From a virus (taxonomy: Duplodnaviria > Caudoviricetes), in IMG/VR virus record IMGVR_UViG_3300025018_000173, positions 1 through 58,383 of that record: 58,383 nt of DNA; one strand, given 5' to 3'. This document shows positions 20,201 through 28,649 of the stretch, piece by piece. Positions within the stretch are counted from its first letter, which is position 1. Every line of letters begins with the position of its first letter. A program made the translations under genes and the position numbers. A model generated the notes under the pieces. The model searched no databases. It had not been told where the DNA came from and worked only from the letters and a program-made list of their open reading frames with translations.

Positions 20201-23200
20201 CCCGCTCGTACAGGATGCGATCCGCGCCCCGCAATTCATCGACCGGAACGACCAGCTTCTTCTCGTTCTTCGTGTTGTTCGGATCGCGGACCGTCACCGT
20301 GCGCGCACGGATCAGTTCAGCGCGCAGGATGTCGCGGAAGCCGAGGCCGGACAGGTCCGCCCCCATCTCGTAGCCCTGATCCTTGACCAGATCGGCCAGC
20401 GCGGCGCCCATGGTGTCCTGCATGCCGATGACGACCTTCTCGCCCGCCCGGACCCGCGCAATGGCGTCCTCGGCGATGGCGCGGCTCTTCATGGCGAACG
20501 TCGCGAGTTCCGTGACGCGCCCCATCTGGGTCGCGTAGTTCGCGCTGCTGACCTTGTATTCGACCTTCGTCTTGCCGTTCTTGGTCGTGACCTTCGTCCA
20601 GCCGTTCTGGTCCGCGAACGCCTTGCCGTACTCGGTGCGCAGCGGCTCGAGGGCGCGACTGATCCCGAATAGCTGCGTGTGCGCGAGCCCCAGCGTGGTT
20701 ACGGCATCCTCTTCGACCGGCACGGTCATCGCCGCGAAGTCCACGCCGGCGAACGACCGGCCGCGGCGGATATACTGCCCGGCCCGCGCGAAGATGCCTG
20801 TCACGATCTGCTGCAACGGCACGCCGCCGGACGCGATGGTGTTGATCAACTGGTGCACGTCGGCGATGGCCTCGCGCATGGCCGTGCGCGGCGCATAGAT
20901 GGCCATGCCCGCGGGCTTCTTGGCGTAGGTGGCCGACGAGAACATGACGCCCTTGGTCTTGTTCACGAGGTCGCGGAAGTAGTTCGCCCGGCCCGGCCCG
21001 ATCGCATCGGTGTCGGGCGTGTCGGGCATCGGCGCGTATTTGGCGTCGCCGGCGGCAAGATGGCTTTCGTCCATGATCAGGAACGTGTTGCCCGCCGCGG
21101 TCAGCGCGCGCACGGCGTCGGCCCGCGGATAGCGGTCTGCGCCGAGCGGCTCGTTGGGATCGCTGCTGGCTTCGCCGAGGTCGTTCAGGTTGTCATACGT
21201 CGTGAAGACCGCGTTGTAGCCATCCGGCAGCCGCCCGGTCCGCTCGATCGTGCCCGGCGTGTTGGTCGGCTGGCCTTTCAGGTGCTTGCCGAACGCCTTG
21301 GTGTAGGCAGCAGGCGTGAGGCTCTGCATCTTTTCGCTGACGAACGGCTCGCCGGTCTCCGGGTCCTTCAATTCGACCGGCAGCTTCAACCCCTGCTGCG
21401 TGAGCAGCGGCGTGATGTTGGCCAGTTCGCCGATGTCGTTCAGATCGCGCAGCATATCCGTGCTAAGCGTGTTGTCCTTCGACACGAAAATCGGGATCAT
21501 GTTGTTGATCCGGGCATAGCGGATCATGCCGGCGACGACGCGGCCCTTGCCGATGCCCGTGTTGTGGTGGATGAGACCCTCGGCCGCGTAGTTGTAGTGG
21601 CCGGGCACTTTCATGTCGAAAAACTCGGCTTCACCCAGCTTTTCGATTGAAACGATCGTATCCCACCCAGTATAGTCACCGAATGAACGAGGATGAGAAA
21701 AAGCTGGTTCGGGGCTGCAATCGCGCCCGCGTCCGCTCGCTTGACCAAGCAGAACTGCGTCGGCTTCTGGAAGGTCAACAACTGACCCTGCAAGAGATTG
21801 CGGATCGTCTTGGCGTGTCGCTCGCGACGGTTGTGCGCCGCAACCAAAAATGGGGCTTGCGGTCGGTTCGAGGCCACGGCTCTCCGGGCGCCAAGAACCA
21901 CTTTTGGCGCGGCGGGTCGAAGATTGTGAAAGGCTACCGGTATCTGTGGCGCCCAGATCACCCACACGCGACAAGGGGCGGTTACGTGCTAGAGCATCGC
22001 TTGGTGATGGAAGCGCATCTCGGGCGGTATCTCGAGCCGACAGAGGTCGTGCATCACGCGGATACCGACCGCCTGAACAACGATCTGTTGAACCTGCACC
22101 TGTTTGCGTCGAACGCTGAGCATCTTCGCTACGAACTGACGGGCGTGACCCCGAACTATTCGCCGGAGGGTCGCCAGCGGATGCAAGAAAACGCCCGGCG
22201 TGTAAACGCGAAACGGGCTGCCACCCGTCAGGGGTCAAAAACCGATGCCCCGCCGTCGCCTCGACCACCCGGCCTTCCGCGGTGGTGATGCGGTAGAGGG
22301 TCTCCACGCCGATCTTGAAGGGCGCCGTGGCCTGCGCCGGCTGCAAGCCCGCGTCCGTCAGCGCCAAGACCGTAATCGGTTTGCCTGCGGCAGCCAGATC
22401 CTCGATGGGCGTGTGCGTGTCGGCGACCGGGTCGTAGATGCGCGTGTGCCCTGCGACGCACTGGTCGCCGAGGATCAGTGCGTTCCCGCCGCTCTCGTAG
22501 TTGTGGATCGACATAGCGAGCGCGTCGATCTGCTCTTTCGAGAAGGGACCGGGGCGCCCGTCGCGCGCCATGATGCGATCGGGCGCGTAGCCCAGCCGGT
22601 CCGCGACGTACAGGTCCAGATCCCCGACCTCGAGTTCGAGGTCTTCCAGCGCGGCGGAGATCGGCTCCTGTAGGTTCGCCTGCACGATGGTCTCTTGCGT
22701 GGGCGGGTATGGGGTCTTCGACCGCGGCTCGTACGGCACCTCGAACGTGGCGCTGCCATCCGGGTTCACACGGTCACTGCCTGCGGGCGGGCCGTACGTC
22801 TCGTCGTAGACCTTCAGCCGGCCATCGCGCATGTCCTTGAACGCTTGGTGCAGGAAGCCGCTCATCTGCGCGATGTCGGACACCGGCATGCGCGCGACGT
22901 CGGTCAGGTAGTCCACGAGGTCCTGCACGGCCCGGTTCCAGTCGGGGAACGGGCGGGTCAACTGATCCTTGACCGCGGCGCCCTGCGTCGTGCCTTCCAT
23001 GGTGCGCAGGAAGGTTTTGAACGCCTTGGCGCGGGACTGGTACTTCTTGTGCGTGACCTGCTGCTGGGTCACGCCGTGCGGCGTGCTGGCCAGTCGGAAC
23101 GCGGGGTCTGCGGCGAACTCCTTGATGAACGCCTGTGCGGCTTTCAGCGCGTTGTCCGACGAAGTCGGGAACGACGGGTCTTCGGCGTCTTCCATGCCGA

Positions 23201-26200
23201 AGCCGGGCGAAACCTCGCGGTCGCCGGCTTCTGTCAGCCCATCAGGACCGGCGCCGTCGTTCCTTCCGCTGCCGCCGTCTGCGCGCGCTCGATCCGCTTG
23301 CGGACCATATCCTCCGCCAGCTTCCATTCCGGGGCTTCCATCCCCGCTTCCGTCCTGATCTTCAGCACCCGACGTGCGCGGCGCAAGAAGTTCTGTTGTG
23401 TTTCCAAGGGGGCGTAGGGCGGTGGTGGGTCCACTAAATCCACTGTCTTTCATCCTTTTGACGTAGCGTTTCAGGATCGGGTCCATCACGTCCCGCAGCC
23501 AAGGCGGAACCACCGCGTTGTCAGCGTAGTAGATGTAGCCCAGTTCGTCGAGCGCCCGGCCCCGAAGGAGTTCAGACACGCGGTAGATTTCAGACCGCTG
23601 TTGCAGATTTGGCTGCCCAAGCGGAGAGCCCTGCGCGCGGAAGTACGCGGATTTCATCTCGACGATGCGATCGGCGAAGAACTCCCTGTTCTGGTTCGCC
23701 GTGCCGATCATCGTGCGCCAGTCATTGCGGCTCATGGCGCCGTCGCCCTCGAACGCGGCGCGGCGCACATAGACCATGGAGACGTCGGTGTGCGGGTGTG
23801 CCCACAAGGAGCGGGCACCCACCAGCAGGTCCGGGTCGGAGAAACCCGGCACGGACGGCAGCGTGTCTTGCGCATACAACGGATGGTTGTGGTGCGTGAC
23901 CAGATCGGCGTCGGTCGATAGGGCTTTCTGCACGGCAGCGGGGATCGGTGTGCTGTCGCTTTCACCGCTCGTCTCCCAGCCTTCGACCGTTCCGTCGGCC
24001 TGCCGCACGGCCACTGCATGCTCGTGCTGGATGCCACCCGCGTCGGACAGCCCACTCATGATGCCCGCGTAGATCGTATACTCGCGCGCTTCCGCGGGGG
24101 TGAACTCCGTCTTGCGCTTCAGCAGGTCGAGGCGGACCTGCATCTCTTCGCGCGTCAGATCGGGCAGCGCCACGCCGATTGGCACGAGCGCGTCGCCCTG
24201 CGGCCCGGCGGTCGTGGGCACAACCTCGCCGTCATCGACCTTCGCGGTGCGCGACCACTGCCCTGTCGGCCGCGTCGAGGCGCTCTCCTGCATCTGTTTC
24301 GCCTTGTTGGCGATGATGCGGACGATCTCTTCGCGCGTGGGCACGGCCGGGACTTGCGGGCCCTGCACTTCGGGCTCCGCCACGGGCTCCGCCACGGGCT
24401 CCGCCACGGGCTCCGCCACGGGCTCCGCCACGGGCTCCGCCACGGGCTCCGCCACGGGCTCAGGCGCGGGCTCAGGCGCGGGCTCAGGCTCCGGTGCGGG
24501 CTCCGGTGCGGGCTCCGGCAGCGCACGATCGCCACTCGTGACCGCGTTGATGTAGCCTGCGATGGTGTCGGCCATCTCGCCCAGCTTCGCGTCCATCTGG
24601 GCTTCGGTCAGATCGGCGTTTGCGGGCAGGTTCTCGACGGCGTCGAGGATCGCGTCGATCATGCCGTCGGCGTTGCCCTGCTCGATGAACTCGCGAAACT
24701 GCGGGTTGAAGCCCACGATCGCGTCGAGAGCCGCATACCTCGCGGCCCGCTTCTCTGCGTCGCTCATTCCTTCCACGCCGGCCCGGCTGCTGCCGAGGAC
24801 CGGGTCGGTGAACAGGTCGTTGAAGTTGCCCATCGCCTCTTCAGGCGTTGCGGGCTGCGGGACCTCGCCGGGGGTCTCGCCCCGCGGCTCGACGCCGGGC
24901 GCCGCCGGCTCCGGGCCGCGCGGCGTCGTTTCGGGCGGCTCGGCCTGCTGATCGGTTGGCGCTGCGCGCTTGCGGCGCCGCTCCTTGATGCGATCGCGGA
25001 CCTGCTGGCCCGTCACCCCGCCGGTGCCCTCCGGCTCGCCCTCTGGCCCCGGCGCAGGCGCCGGGGTCGGGGCGGGCTCCGGTGCGGCCTCGGGCTGGGT
25101 GACGGGCGCCGGGGTCGGCTTCGGCGCAGCGTCCTCTTCGTCCTTGCGCTTTTTCTCGTCGGCCTTGCGTTTGCGCTCGTCCGCAGCCTTCTGCTCGTCG
25201 GCCCGCCGCTTCTTGTCTTCGGCAGCCTTCTGCTCGTCGGCCTTGCGCTTCTCTTCCGCCGCACGCTTCTTCTCGTCGGCAGCTTTCTGCTTGTCTTCGG
25301 CCTTGCGCTTCTTCTCGGCTGCCCGGTCTCGCTCTTCCTGCGCGGCGCGATCGCGCGCCTCCTTGTCGGCAGCTTCGCGCTGTTCGGACGTCATGTCGCG
25401 GTCCGGGTCGTACAGGGGAGACCCCTCGGGGTAGCGACCCTCGTCGTCCACCATGTAGCGCGGCTCGCCGTTGCCATCGAGCACAACAGGTGCGCCGTCC
25501 GGGCCCTCAAACATGGGCTTGCCGTCGGATGCGCGGCGCTGCTCGCCCGTGACGGGGTCCATGAGCGGCGTCGGTGCGTAATCGTCGGGGACCGGCATGC
25601 GCGGCTCGCCCGCGGGAACCGGGCCGAAGTCGGTCGTCTCATCGTAGCCCGGCGCTTCGCCGCCCTTGTCGTCGTCCGTGAACTCGACGTTGGGCACGAC
25701 GGGGCCAAGACCACCGTCGGGCACCATCGGGATGTTGGGGCCGATGATGCTCGGGTCCGGCTCGGTGTAGTCGCCGATGCCCATGTCGCGGGCTTTCTGC
25801 TCGGCGTCCTGCACCACCTGCGCGCCCTCGGGCGTGTCGGCCACGCCCTGCACGCTGGGGGCCACGAAGCGGACCTGCGAGGACGGCAGGCCCTCGGTCG
25901 CGCGGATGTCGTCGATGGCGTCCGTGTAGCCGCGGACGCGCTCCTGCCCTTGGTTGATGTCGCGCAGCGCGCGGCGCTCGGCTGCCGTGTCGTTCGCGGC
26001 CTTGGCCGCGTCCCGCTCGGCCGTGGCCTTGCGCACGTCCGCGACAGCGGCGGCGCGCTTCTGCTCGAGGTCTTGGATCGCCTGCGGCGCACCGCCTTCG
26101 AGACCCGACTGCCGGACCTCTTCGATTTCCTGTCGCACCGGCTCGCTGACGCGCGGGCGATCCGGCGTGCTCTCGATCGGCCGACCGAACGCGGCTGCGG

Positions 26201-27476
26201 CACCCTCCATGAGCCCGGCCTGCTGGGTGCCCTTGATGCGCTTGTCCACCGCGGACAGGACGGCTTCCTCGTCCCGCAGCTTGCGGTCGATCGCCTTGGC
26301 TTCGTCGGTGTTGCCCGCTTCCTGCGCAGCCGTCAGGCGTTGGCGCAGATCCGCGATGTTGTTGCGGGCGGTGTCGCGGCGGTCCTGAAGGTCGATAACC
26401 CCCTGCGATGCGCTCTCTGCGCCCTTGAGGGTCTTGCTGCTTTCGCGCGCCGCGCCGATGTTCGCCCGCGCTGCGCCGCCGATGTCGGAGACCGCCGCCG
26501 GTGCGCCGCCAACACCCGAGATGCCGCCGCCGAGCACCGCGCCGCCGACGAAGTTTTCGAGGCTGTCCTCGAACCACGTGTCGCGCTGCTCGCGCTCGCT
26601 GTCCGTGCGCGGGTCGGTCAGGATGCGGTAGAACTCGGGGTTCGACTGCGCCATGCCCATGGCTTCTTGCAGCACCTCGGTGGTGCCTTCCATGATGGCG
26701 TCGCCGCCGACCTGCCCGGCGTACCGACCCGCGGCGCGCGTCGTCGATCGCGAAGCGGCCTGCGCCAAGGAGTTTGCCTGTGGCGCCGGGATCCCCAGCC
26801 GCCCGATCAGCACGCGACCGATCAGGGCGTCCAGCGATGCCTGCGCGACGCCGACGGCAGCCGCTTTGCCCAGATCGGGGTCCTGCCCCTGCTCGATCTG
26901 AGCCTCGAGGTTGCGTCCGGTGAAGAACGGCGTGCCCGTGGCGACACCCGCCGCAAGACCGACGCCGGGGCCACCAGCGATCGTGCCTGCTGCGGTGGCG
27001 CCGAGAACTGCGGCCATCTCCGGTGCCGACGCGCCCGCGAGGCTCGCCGCGTAAGACAGCGCGTCCTGTATCGTGCCGTTGACGTCCCCGATGTCCCGGT
27101 AAGACCCGACCCGCGGCGCGTTGCGCGGGTCTTGCATGCGCTCTTCGCCGGCATCCTGCCAGCCCTGCCCGTATCCGTCCTCTTCGGCGCCGAACACACC
27201 CGTGGCGACTTGCTCGCCCAGCGTGCCCAGCGCGCTCTGGCTCGCCGCGACGCCGCTGCGCCAGCCGCGCGCAAGGTCTTCCCGCAGCCCCGCGGACGGG
27301 ATCATGCCGCCCAGTTGCTCGGCGTACGCCTGTATCTCCGCGTCGCTGTACCCAGCCTCGCGCGCCCGACGCATGAAGTCCGTGGCGTCCTTCATGGAAG
27401 TGAACCCCGGTCGCTGCTGCGCCGGGGCATCGCCGAGACCGGCCATCACGTTGCCGAAGTAGTTGGGCTGCGCCAT
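14232..27476 (-). CDS. Giant (4414 aa) polyvalent internal-virion / DarB-like protein with Strawberry-notch SF2 helicase, intein and LPD38-like C-terminus
   Basis: GDQ|TGIGKGR Walker A, FTTY, MDESH, FSSATY, GSTGVSLHAS and QLVGRIHRTGQ helicase motifs. Also HHNHP...FSDPD (JAB-like), HESWH (zincin-like) and FRFPKGFEIG (LPD38-like). Confidence 0.85.
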   Translation of the reverse strand: MAQPNYFGNVMAGLGDAPAQQRPGFTSMKDATDFMRRAREAGYSDAEIQAYAEQLGGMIPSAGLREDLARGWRSGVAASQSALGTLGEQVATGVFGAEEDGYGQGWQDAGEERMQDPRNAPRVGSYRDIGDVNGTIQDALSYAASLAGASAPEMAAVLGATAAGTIAGGPGVGLAAGVATGTPFFTGRNLEAQIEQGQDPDLGKAAAVGVAQASLDALIGRVLIGRLGIPAPQANSLAQAASRSTTRAAGRYAGQVGGDAIMEGTTEVLQEAMGMAQSNPEFYRILTDPRTDSEREQRDTWFEDSLENFVGGAVLGGGISGVGGAPAAVSDIGGAARANIGAARESSKTLKGAESASQGVIDLQDRRDTARNNIADLRQRLTAAQEAGNTDEAKAIDRKLRDEEAVLSAVDKRIKGTQQAGLMEGAAAAFGRPIESTPDRPRVSEPVRQEIEEVRQSGLEGGAPQAIQDLEQKRAAAVADVRKATAERDAAKAANDTAAERRALRDINQGQERVRGYTDAIDDIRATEGLPSSQVRFVAPSVQGVADTPEGAQVVQDAEQKARDMGIGDYTEPDPSIIGPNIPMVPDGGLGPVVPNVEFTDDDKGGEAPGYDETTDFGPVPAGEPRMPVPDDYAPTPLMDPVTGEQRRASDGKPMFEGPDGAPVVLDGNGEPRYMVDDEGRYPEGSPLYDPDRDMTSEQREAADKEARDRAAQEERDRAAEKKRKAEDKQKAADEKKRAAEEKRKADEQKAAEDKKRRADEQKAADERKRKADEKKRKDEEDAAPKPTPAPVTQPEAAPEPAPTPAPAPGPEGEPEGTGGVTGQQVRDRIKERRRKRAAPTDQQAEPPETTPRGPEPAAPGVEPRGETPGEVPQPATPEEAMGNFNDLFTDPVLGSSRAGVEGMSDAEKRAARYAALDAIVGFNPQFREFIEQGNADGMIDAILDAVENLPANADLTEAQMDAKLGEMADTIAGYINAVTSGDRALPEPAPEPAPEPEPAPEPAPEPVAEPVAEPVAEPVAEPVAEPVAEPVAEPEVQGPQVPAVPTREEIVRIIANKAKQMQESASTRPTGQWSRTAKVDDGEVVPTTAGPQGDALVPIGVALPDLTREEMQVRLDLLKRKTEFTPAEAREYTIYAGIMSGLSDAGGIQHEHAVAVRQADGTVEGWETSGESDSTPIPAAVQKALSTDADLVTHHNHPLYAQDTLPSVPGFSDPDLLVGARSLWAHPHTDVSMVYVRRAAFEGDGAMSRNDWRTMIGTANQNREFFADRIVEMKSAYFRAQGSPLGQPNLQQRSEIYRVSELLRGRALDELGYIYYADNAVVPPWLRDVMDPILKRYVKRMKDSGFSGPTTALRPLGNTTELLAPRTSGAEDQDGSGDGSPGMEAGGGYGPQADRARADGGSGRNDGAGPDGLTEAGDREVSPGFGMEDAEDPSFPTSSDNALKAAQAFIKEFAADPAFRLASTPHGVTQQQVTHKKYQSRAKAFKTFLRTMEGTTQGAAVKDQLTRPFPDWNRAVQDLVDYLTDVARMPVSDIAQMSGFLHQAFKDMRDGRLKVYDETYGPPAGSDRVNPDGSATFEVPYEPRSKTPYPPTQETIVQANLQEPISAALEDLELEVGDLDLYVADRLGYAPDRIMARDGRPGPFSKEQIDALAMSIHNYESGGNALILGDQCVAGHTRIYDPVADTHTPIEDLAAAGKPITVLALTDAGLQPAQATAPFKIGVETLYRITTAEGRVVEATAGHRFLTPDGWQPVSRLHAGRFLASAGDPPANSSGSRPSVRSEDAQRSTQTGAGSTDRCSGGRYPRDARPLSARDTARDALPSPSDALARNRPLSRVGDLGATDTGSLSQSSTRRAKSGSWRPESRGLEPTASPIFGCGAQPSRATRQDDPQSLAGSVVDLPEADAVLLGQASGRGRDCSPEPAFSHPRSFGDYTGWDTIVSIEKLGEAEFFDMKVPGHYNYAAEGLIHHNTGIGKGRVVAGMIRYARINNMIPIFVSKDNTLSTDMLRDLNDIGELANITPLLTQQGLKLPVELKDPETGEPFVSEKMQSLTPAAYTKAFGKHLKGQPTNTPGTIERTGRLPDGYNAVFTTYDNLNDLGEASSDPNEPLGADRYPRADAVRALTAAGNTFLIMDESHLAAGDAKYAPMPDTPDTDAIGPGRANYFRDLVNKTKGVMFSSATYAKKPAGMAIYAPRTAMREAIADVHQLINTIASGGVPLQQIVTGIFARAGQYIRRGRSFAGVDFAAMTVPVEEDAVTTLGLAHTQLFGISRALEPLRTEYGKAFADQNGWTKVTTKNGKTKVEYKVSSANYATQMGRVTELATFAMKSRAIAEDAIARVRAGEKVVIGMQDTMGAALADLVKDQGYEMGADLSGLGFRDILRAELIRARTVTVRDPNNTKNEKKLVVPVDELRGADRILYERANEMINRLPIDVPFSPIDYIGAELTKAGIRYDEMTGRSLMIDPDGKLATRKRTATTNRENMDAFNGGDLDVLFLNQSGSTGVSLHASAAFKDQKPRTMIIAQPMADIVEFMQLVGRIHRTGQVALPAYRLAQTNSPAETRITARLMKKLRSLNANTTADDNSAMNLDAPDLLNRMGSQAAAGLLMEREDLRKALGFGEMTDEQMERAASDEAFVGRVLSRMAMLSFHSQQEFVRDLTEFYTSRKETLSDLGLDKTEIKHKNLQAVVVAEETLTAQRDGTTAFSAPSVYQKVTVVRDVKPKDPLQIQADILEMLTDGEITDRYELPRQGMQHKTRLLDDTEKAVRDAREAALDRERELGEQATAAMAKISEATDNVRKLTGDMKASDIRERVEASAKIADTVKKAEARILEHSKKLKAAEKKKDAAAIEKEKGLIERAEKERATAQKTLDKDGNFAQRYRDLVAVQRAAQREFDTYQYDMEESRKNRERNADFFSAFNNVVSQLGDGVGSPVRVSYKETKESDAEVYQAYIADIRLRTPNANPLTLNSYQVFLQTPMQRHPLRIPFTSIKQGLASFQPADNSAVMDEFYRSQTVSEERALVTGNILAGFSELGNRGEIITFNYKNSDDKVFGVLMPRSFDLEKFKEMQPLKLDKRAKIEAYLREMEWPITTAFNNKKYLSALNQDNSIDFRLIKAKGRGQFPTLQIWFATGKAKGANIAKIVLDHPEMKRMLADRGFELKQVGSGSKASQILETRNGSRSRDEIAPIIDFMVDNGLALELEGDVKKYIAGREIIPGTQRFSAAAAPSFKRGNRTLSATGVAEIVARMTGGKADVKTVDTLRAGGEGIRRSGALSTVEQEVSGSYDPVKSLVTVAMNGPHSAEVTAVHESWHFLRDKGLVTPKELDVLAAAGPKLRALAAKEMDPEAVQQLDQEELEAYALQQYARQPNNPAFRGPIGPVLAKIGEFFNRLANWFAGRGFLSVNDVFDAALAGDMAVRNPADDWRMSYQTASDPRFSAAMPIRTPDLPPDLDARMAALLNRKIIHDPMEARSFFGLFKTLLESIKTLNRDRMLRAGARIRQGAVDVYEGFRQLDLAAAGRTGDVAEGMDSIWKRAHLITTNTAPLMERALTKGQLVWDAARQDFLIDDTRDAFLDIVDPINEAGLMNHFTHWLVGQRAKQSVAMRSRAERKAKAGERDYLLNDADIKLIDDMFDALPADKQALFEKTKAGMIAYNRNFIVQMGEAGILRKTPRASGRSEVDRLLNSYDPDGTLQEELLYVPFSRFMDPDIVGHNDQGNLTVRRQRGMETRTNGMHRLHGSDLQVLDPMETLVKNMNAMLDKARRNATAREAIRLANSFPGGTRYVDQMPKTYDGMLDRKWLEANEDALEDLGIPMDTLLHGPGGTKASIQLLKDMVGDKAPKSSREVSIMVDGKQIFFEVHEPMLLESLRGMEPMQRGWFERLILEKPKLLLTKAVSADPVFMLNNLMRDTQQAWVLSPAKGAKPFIDTFKGFRETWAEGEDGYLDVGSASLYDYERLDRILAERFGKKPKGRLAPVTDLWHQWETFGRKTELGNRRTVYDRVLAETGDKDEALFQATFMANYASRGSNTVMRLAVSAIPYLNARVQGLDRLAMQAAGAGANKETMRRRLAVQMAVRGTMMAAVAVLLEAALAGDDEYEALEEWQKDAYFHFRGPNGELFRFPKGFEIGLLFGTVPARVYRRLAGEDGGDETRGAIARGLSSTLSLNPIPQAFKPIVEVGMNKSFFTGRPIESLGMQYLEPAQRYRETTSDALKSTQPAYGGLSRVLGAMMGMDTELSPVQAEALTRGYLGPMGGYVLAMADAVSSAVTGSTPQPNRVLGQNVPGLLRPVDEILSRAQRAVYAQSDPSNTAFTSEFYEMKRAADQAAATLRFAQRTGDQALYEEVIDENRRLLQAKTGLGQVSRRVIELRNLQKRVRASNLSAAAKNEQVRQIQRQINALTKSAVEAVAAE
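21647..21676 (+). promoter_or_regulatory. Sigma70-like promoter for the antisense HNH gene (leaderless)
   Basis: TTGAAA (21647-52), N18, TATAGT (21671-76). The ATG lies 7 nt after the -10 element. Confidence 0.6.
21683..22288 (+). CDS. HNH homing endonuclease encoded antisense within the intein
   Basis: HTH LTLQEIADRLGVSLATV, then GAKNHFWRGG and YVLEHRLVMEAHLGRYLEPTEVVHHADTDRLNNDLLNL (HNH_3 type). Confidence 0.9.
   Translation: MNEDEKKLVRGCNRARVRSLDQAELRRLLEGQQLTLQEIADRLGVSLATVVRRNQKWGLRSVRGHGSPGAKNHFWRGGSKIVKGYRYLWRPDHPHATRGGYVLEHRLVMEAHLGRYLEPTEVVHHADTDRLNNDLLNLHLFASNAEHLRYELTGVTPNYSPEGRQRMQENARRVNAKRAATRQGSKTDAPPSPRPPGLPRW
24371..24454. repeat. Perfect 12-bp tandem repeat x7 (VAEP linker of the giant protein)
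   Basis: CGGGCTCCGCCA seven times, flanked by degenerate APEP units. Confidence 0.95.
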
Positions 27477-27491
27477 AGGGGGCGTCCTCTG

Positions 27492-28649
27492 TTATAGTTG
27501 GTCGAGCGGAACCCGTTCGTCCGGTATCGCGAAGCTGTCCTCGGTCTTGCCGTAGGCCGCGAGCACGTCTGCCGCCGCCTTCTGTTCCGCTGCGGCCCGG
27601 TCCATCCCGCCCGCCACGTACTGCTGCACGAGCGTCTGGTATTCCTGAAGCCGGGTCAGATCGCGCTGGCTGGTGCCGAAGCTGTAATCGCCGCGCTGAT
27701 AGGCTTCCAGCCTTGCGCGCGCCAGCAGCGCCGCGGCCTCGGCCTCGTCGCGCTCGGCTTGGGACAGGTTGGGGTCGTTCCGGCGCTCTTTCATCATCTC
27801 GTACTCGGCGACCGCCAGATCGTAGGACAGATCGGCCGCACGGCGCTTCATGTCGAGTTCTTCGCGCTTCATGCCGGTTTCGGTGTCGAACTGCTCCTGA
27901 TCCTGATAGTTGCCGAGGCCCGCCAGCACGCCCGCGCCCAGACCTTCGCCGAAGTTACCCGGCGTCGTCATCATGGCGCCGCCCATGGCGATCATGGCTT
28001 CGTAGATCCGGTTCTTCTTGTCCTCGTCCATGTTGGACCAGTTCTCGCGCAGCTTGCCCCAGCCGCCGCCTTCGTCTCCGAAGACGCCCGCGAAGATGCC
28101 CGCTGACCCCTTGCCCGTGCCGTCTTCACCGGGCTCGCCGATGACCGTGCCGCCGCCGCGCCCGCCGGGCTGCTGGCGCGTGCTGATCACCGGTGCGCGG
28201 TCTGGCGTGTCCGGGCGCGGGGTGGGCGAAGGCGGCGCGGCGGCGGCACTGAACTCGGTGCCCGCCGGGTACGGCTGGCCGTTCAGCCCCATGTCCCGTT
28301 GCACCGGCGGCTCTTCGGCGGGCATGCCCGCGCCGTCAGGATATTGAACCGGCAGCGCGCCGAAAGGCGTGAGCATGCCCGTGCCGGGCAGCGTGAACCG
28401 CGGGCGGGTTTCGTCCCCTGCGGGAAACCGCGGCGGCGGCATCTGCGACGGCGGCATGCCGCCGAGCGGACTGGGGCTGGGGCCCAGCCCTGCGGCCGGC
28501 TGCGCGCCGGGGTTGAACGGCTGCGGCGGCGGCGCCTGCGGCCGGGACAGGCCGAGTTCGGTGTCGGCCAGCATGCGCGCCTCGTCGGGCGACTTGCCCA
28601 TGTCGAGCCACATCTTCATGTACCGATCGTACGTGCCGCGGTCAGCCAT
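27492..28649 (-). CDS. Internal virion / ejection protein
   Basis: 385 aa, Pro/Gly-rich N-half and helical C-half. Immediately upstream of the giant gene. Confidence 0.6.
   Translation of the reverse strand: MADRGTYDRYMKMWLDMGKSPDEARMLADTELGLSRPQAPPPQPFNPGAQPAAGLGPSPSPLGGMPPSQMPPPRFPAGDETRPRFTLPGTGMLTPFGALPVQYPDGAGMPAEEPPVQRDMGLNGQPYPAGTEFSAAAAPPSPTPRPDTPDRAPVISTRQQPGGRGGGTVIGEPGEDGTGKGSAGIFAGVFGDEGGGWGKLRENWSNMDEDKKNRIYEAMIAMGGAMMTTPGNFGEGLGAGVLAGLGNYQDQEQFDTETGMKREELDMKRRAADLSYDLAVAEYEMMKERRNDPNLSQAERDEAEAAALLARARLEAYQRGDYSFGTSQRDLTRLQEYQTLVQQYVAGGMDRAAAEQKAAADVLAAYGKTEDSFAIPDERVPLDQL

Larger units (their letters stand above)
21561..22460 (-). mobile_element. Intein (300 aa) in the Walker A motif of the giant protein
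   Basis: Starts CVAGHTRIYD, block B EATAGHRFLT, block F FFDMKV, ends LIHHN followed by Thr. Removal restores GDQTGIGKGR. Confidence 0.95.

Noticed and set aside
24371-24520. CRISPR-like array
   Set aside because: Contiguous 12-bp coding repeats without spacers, forming a Pro/Glu linker.
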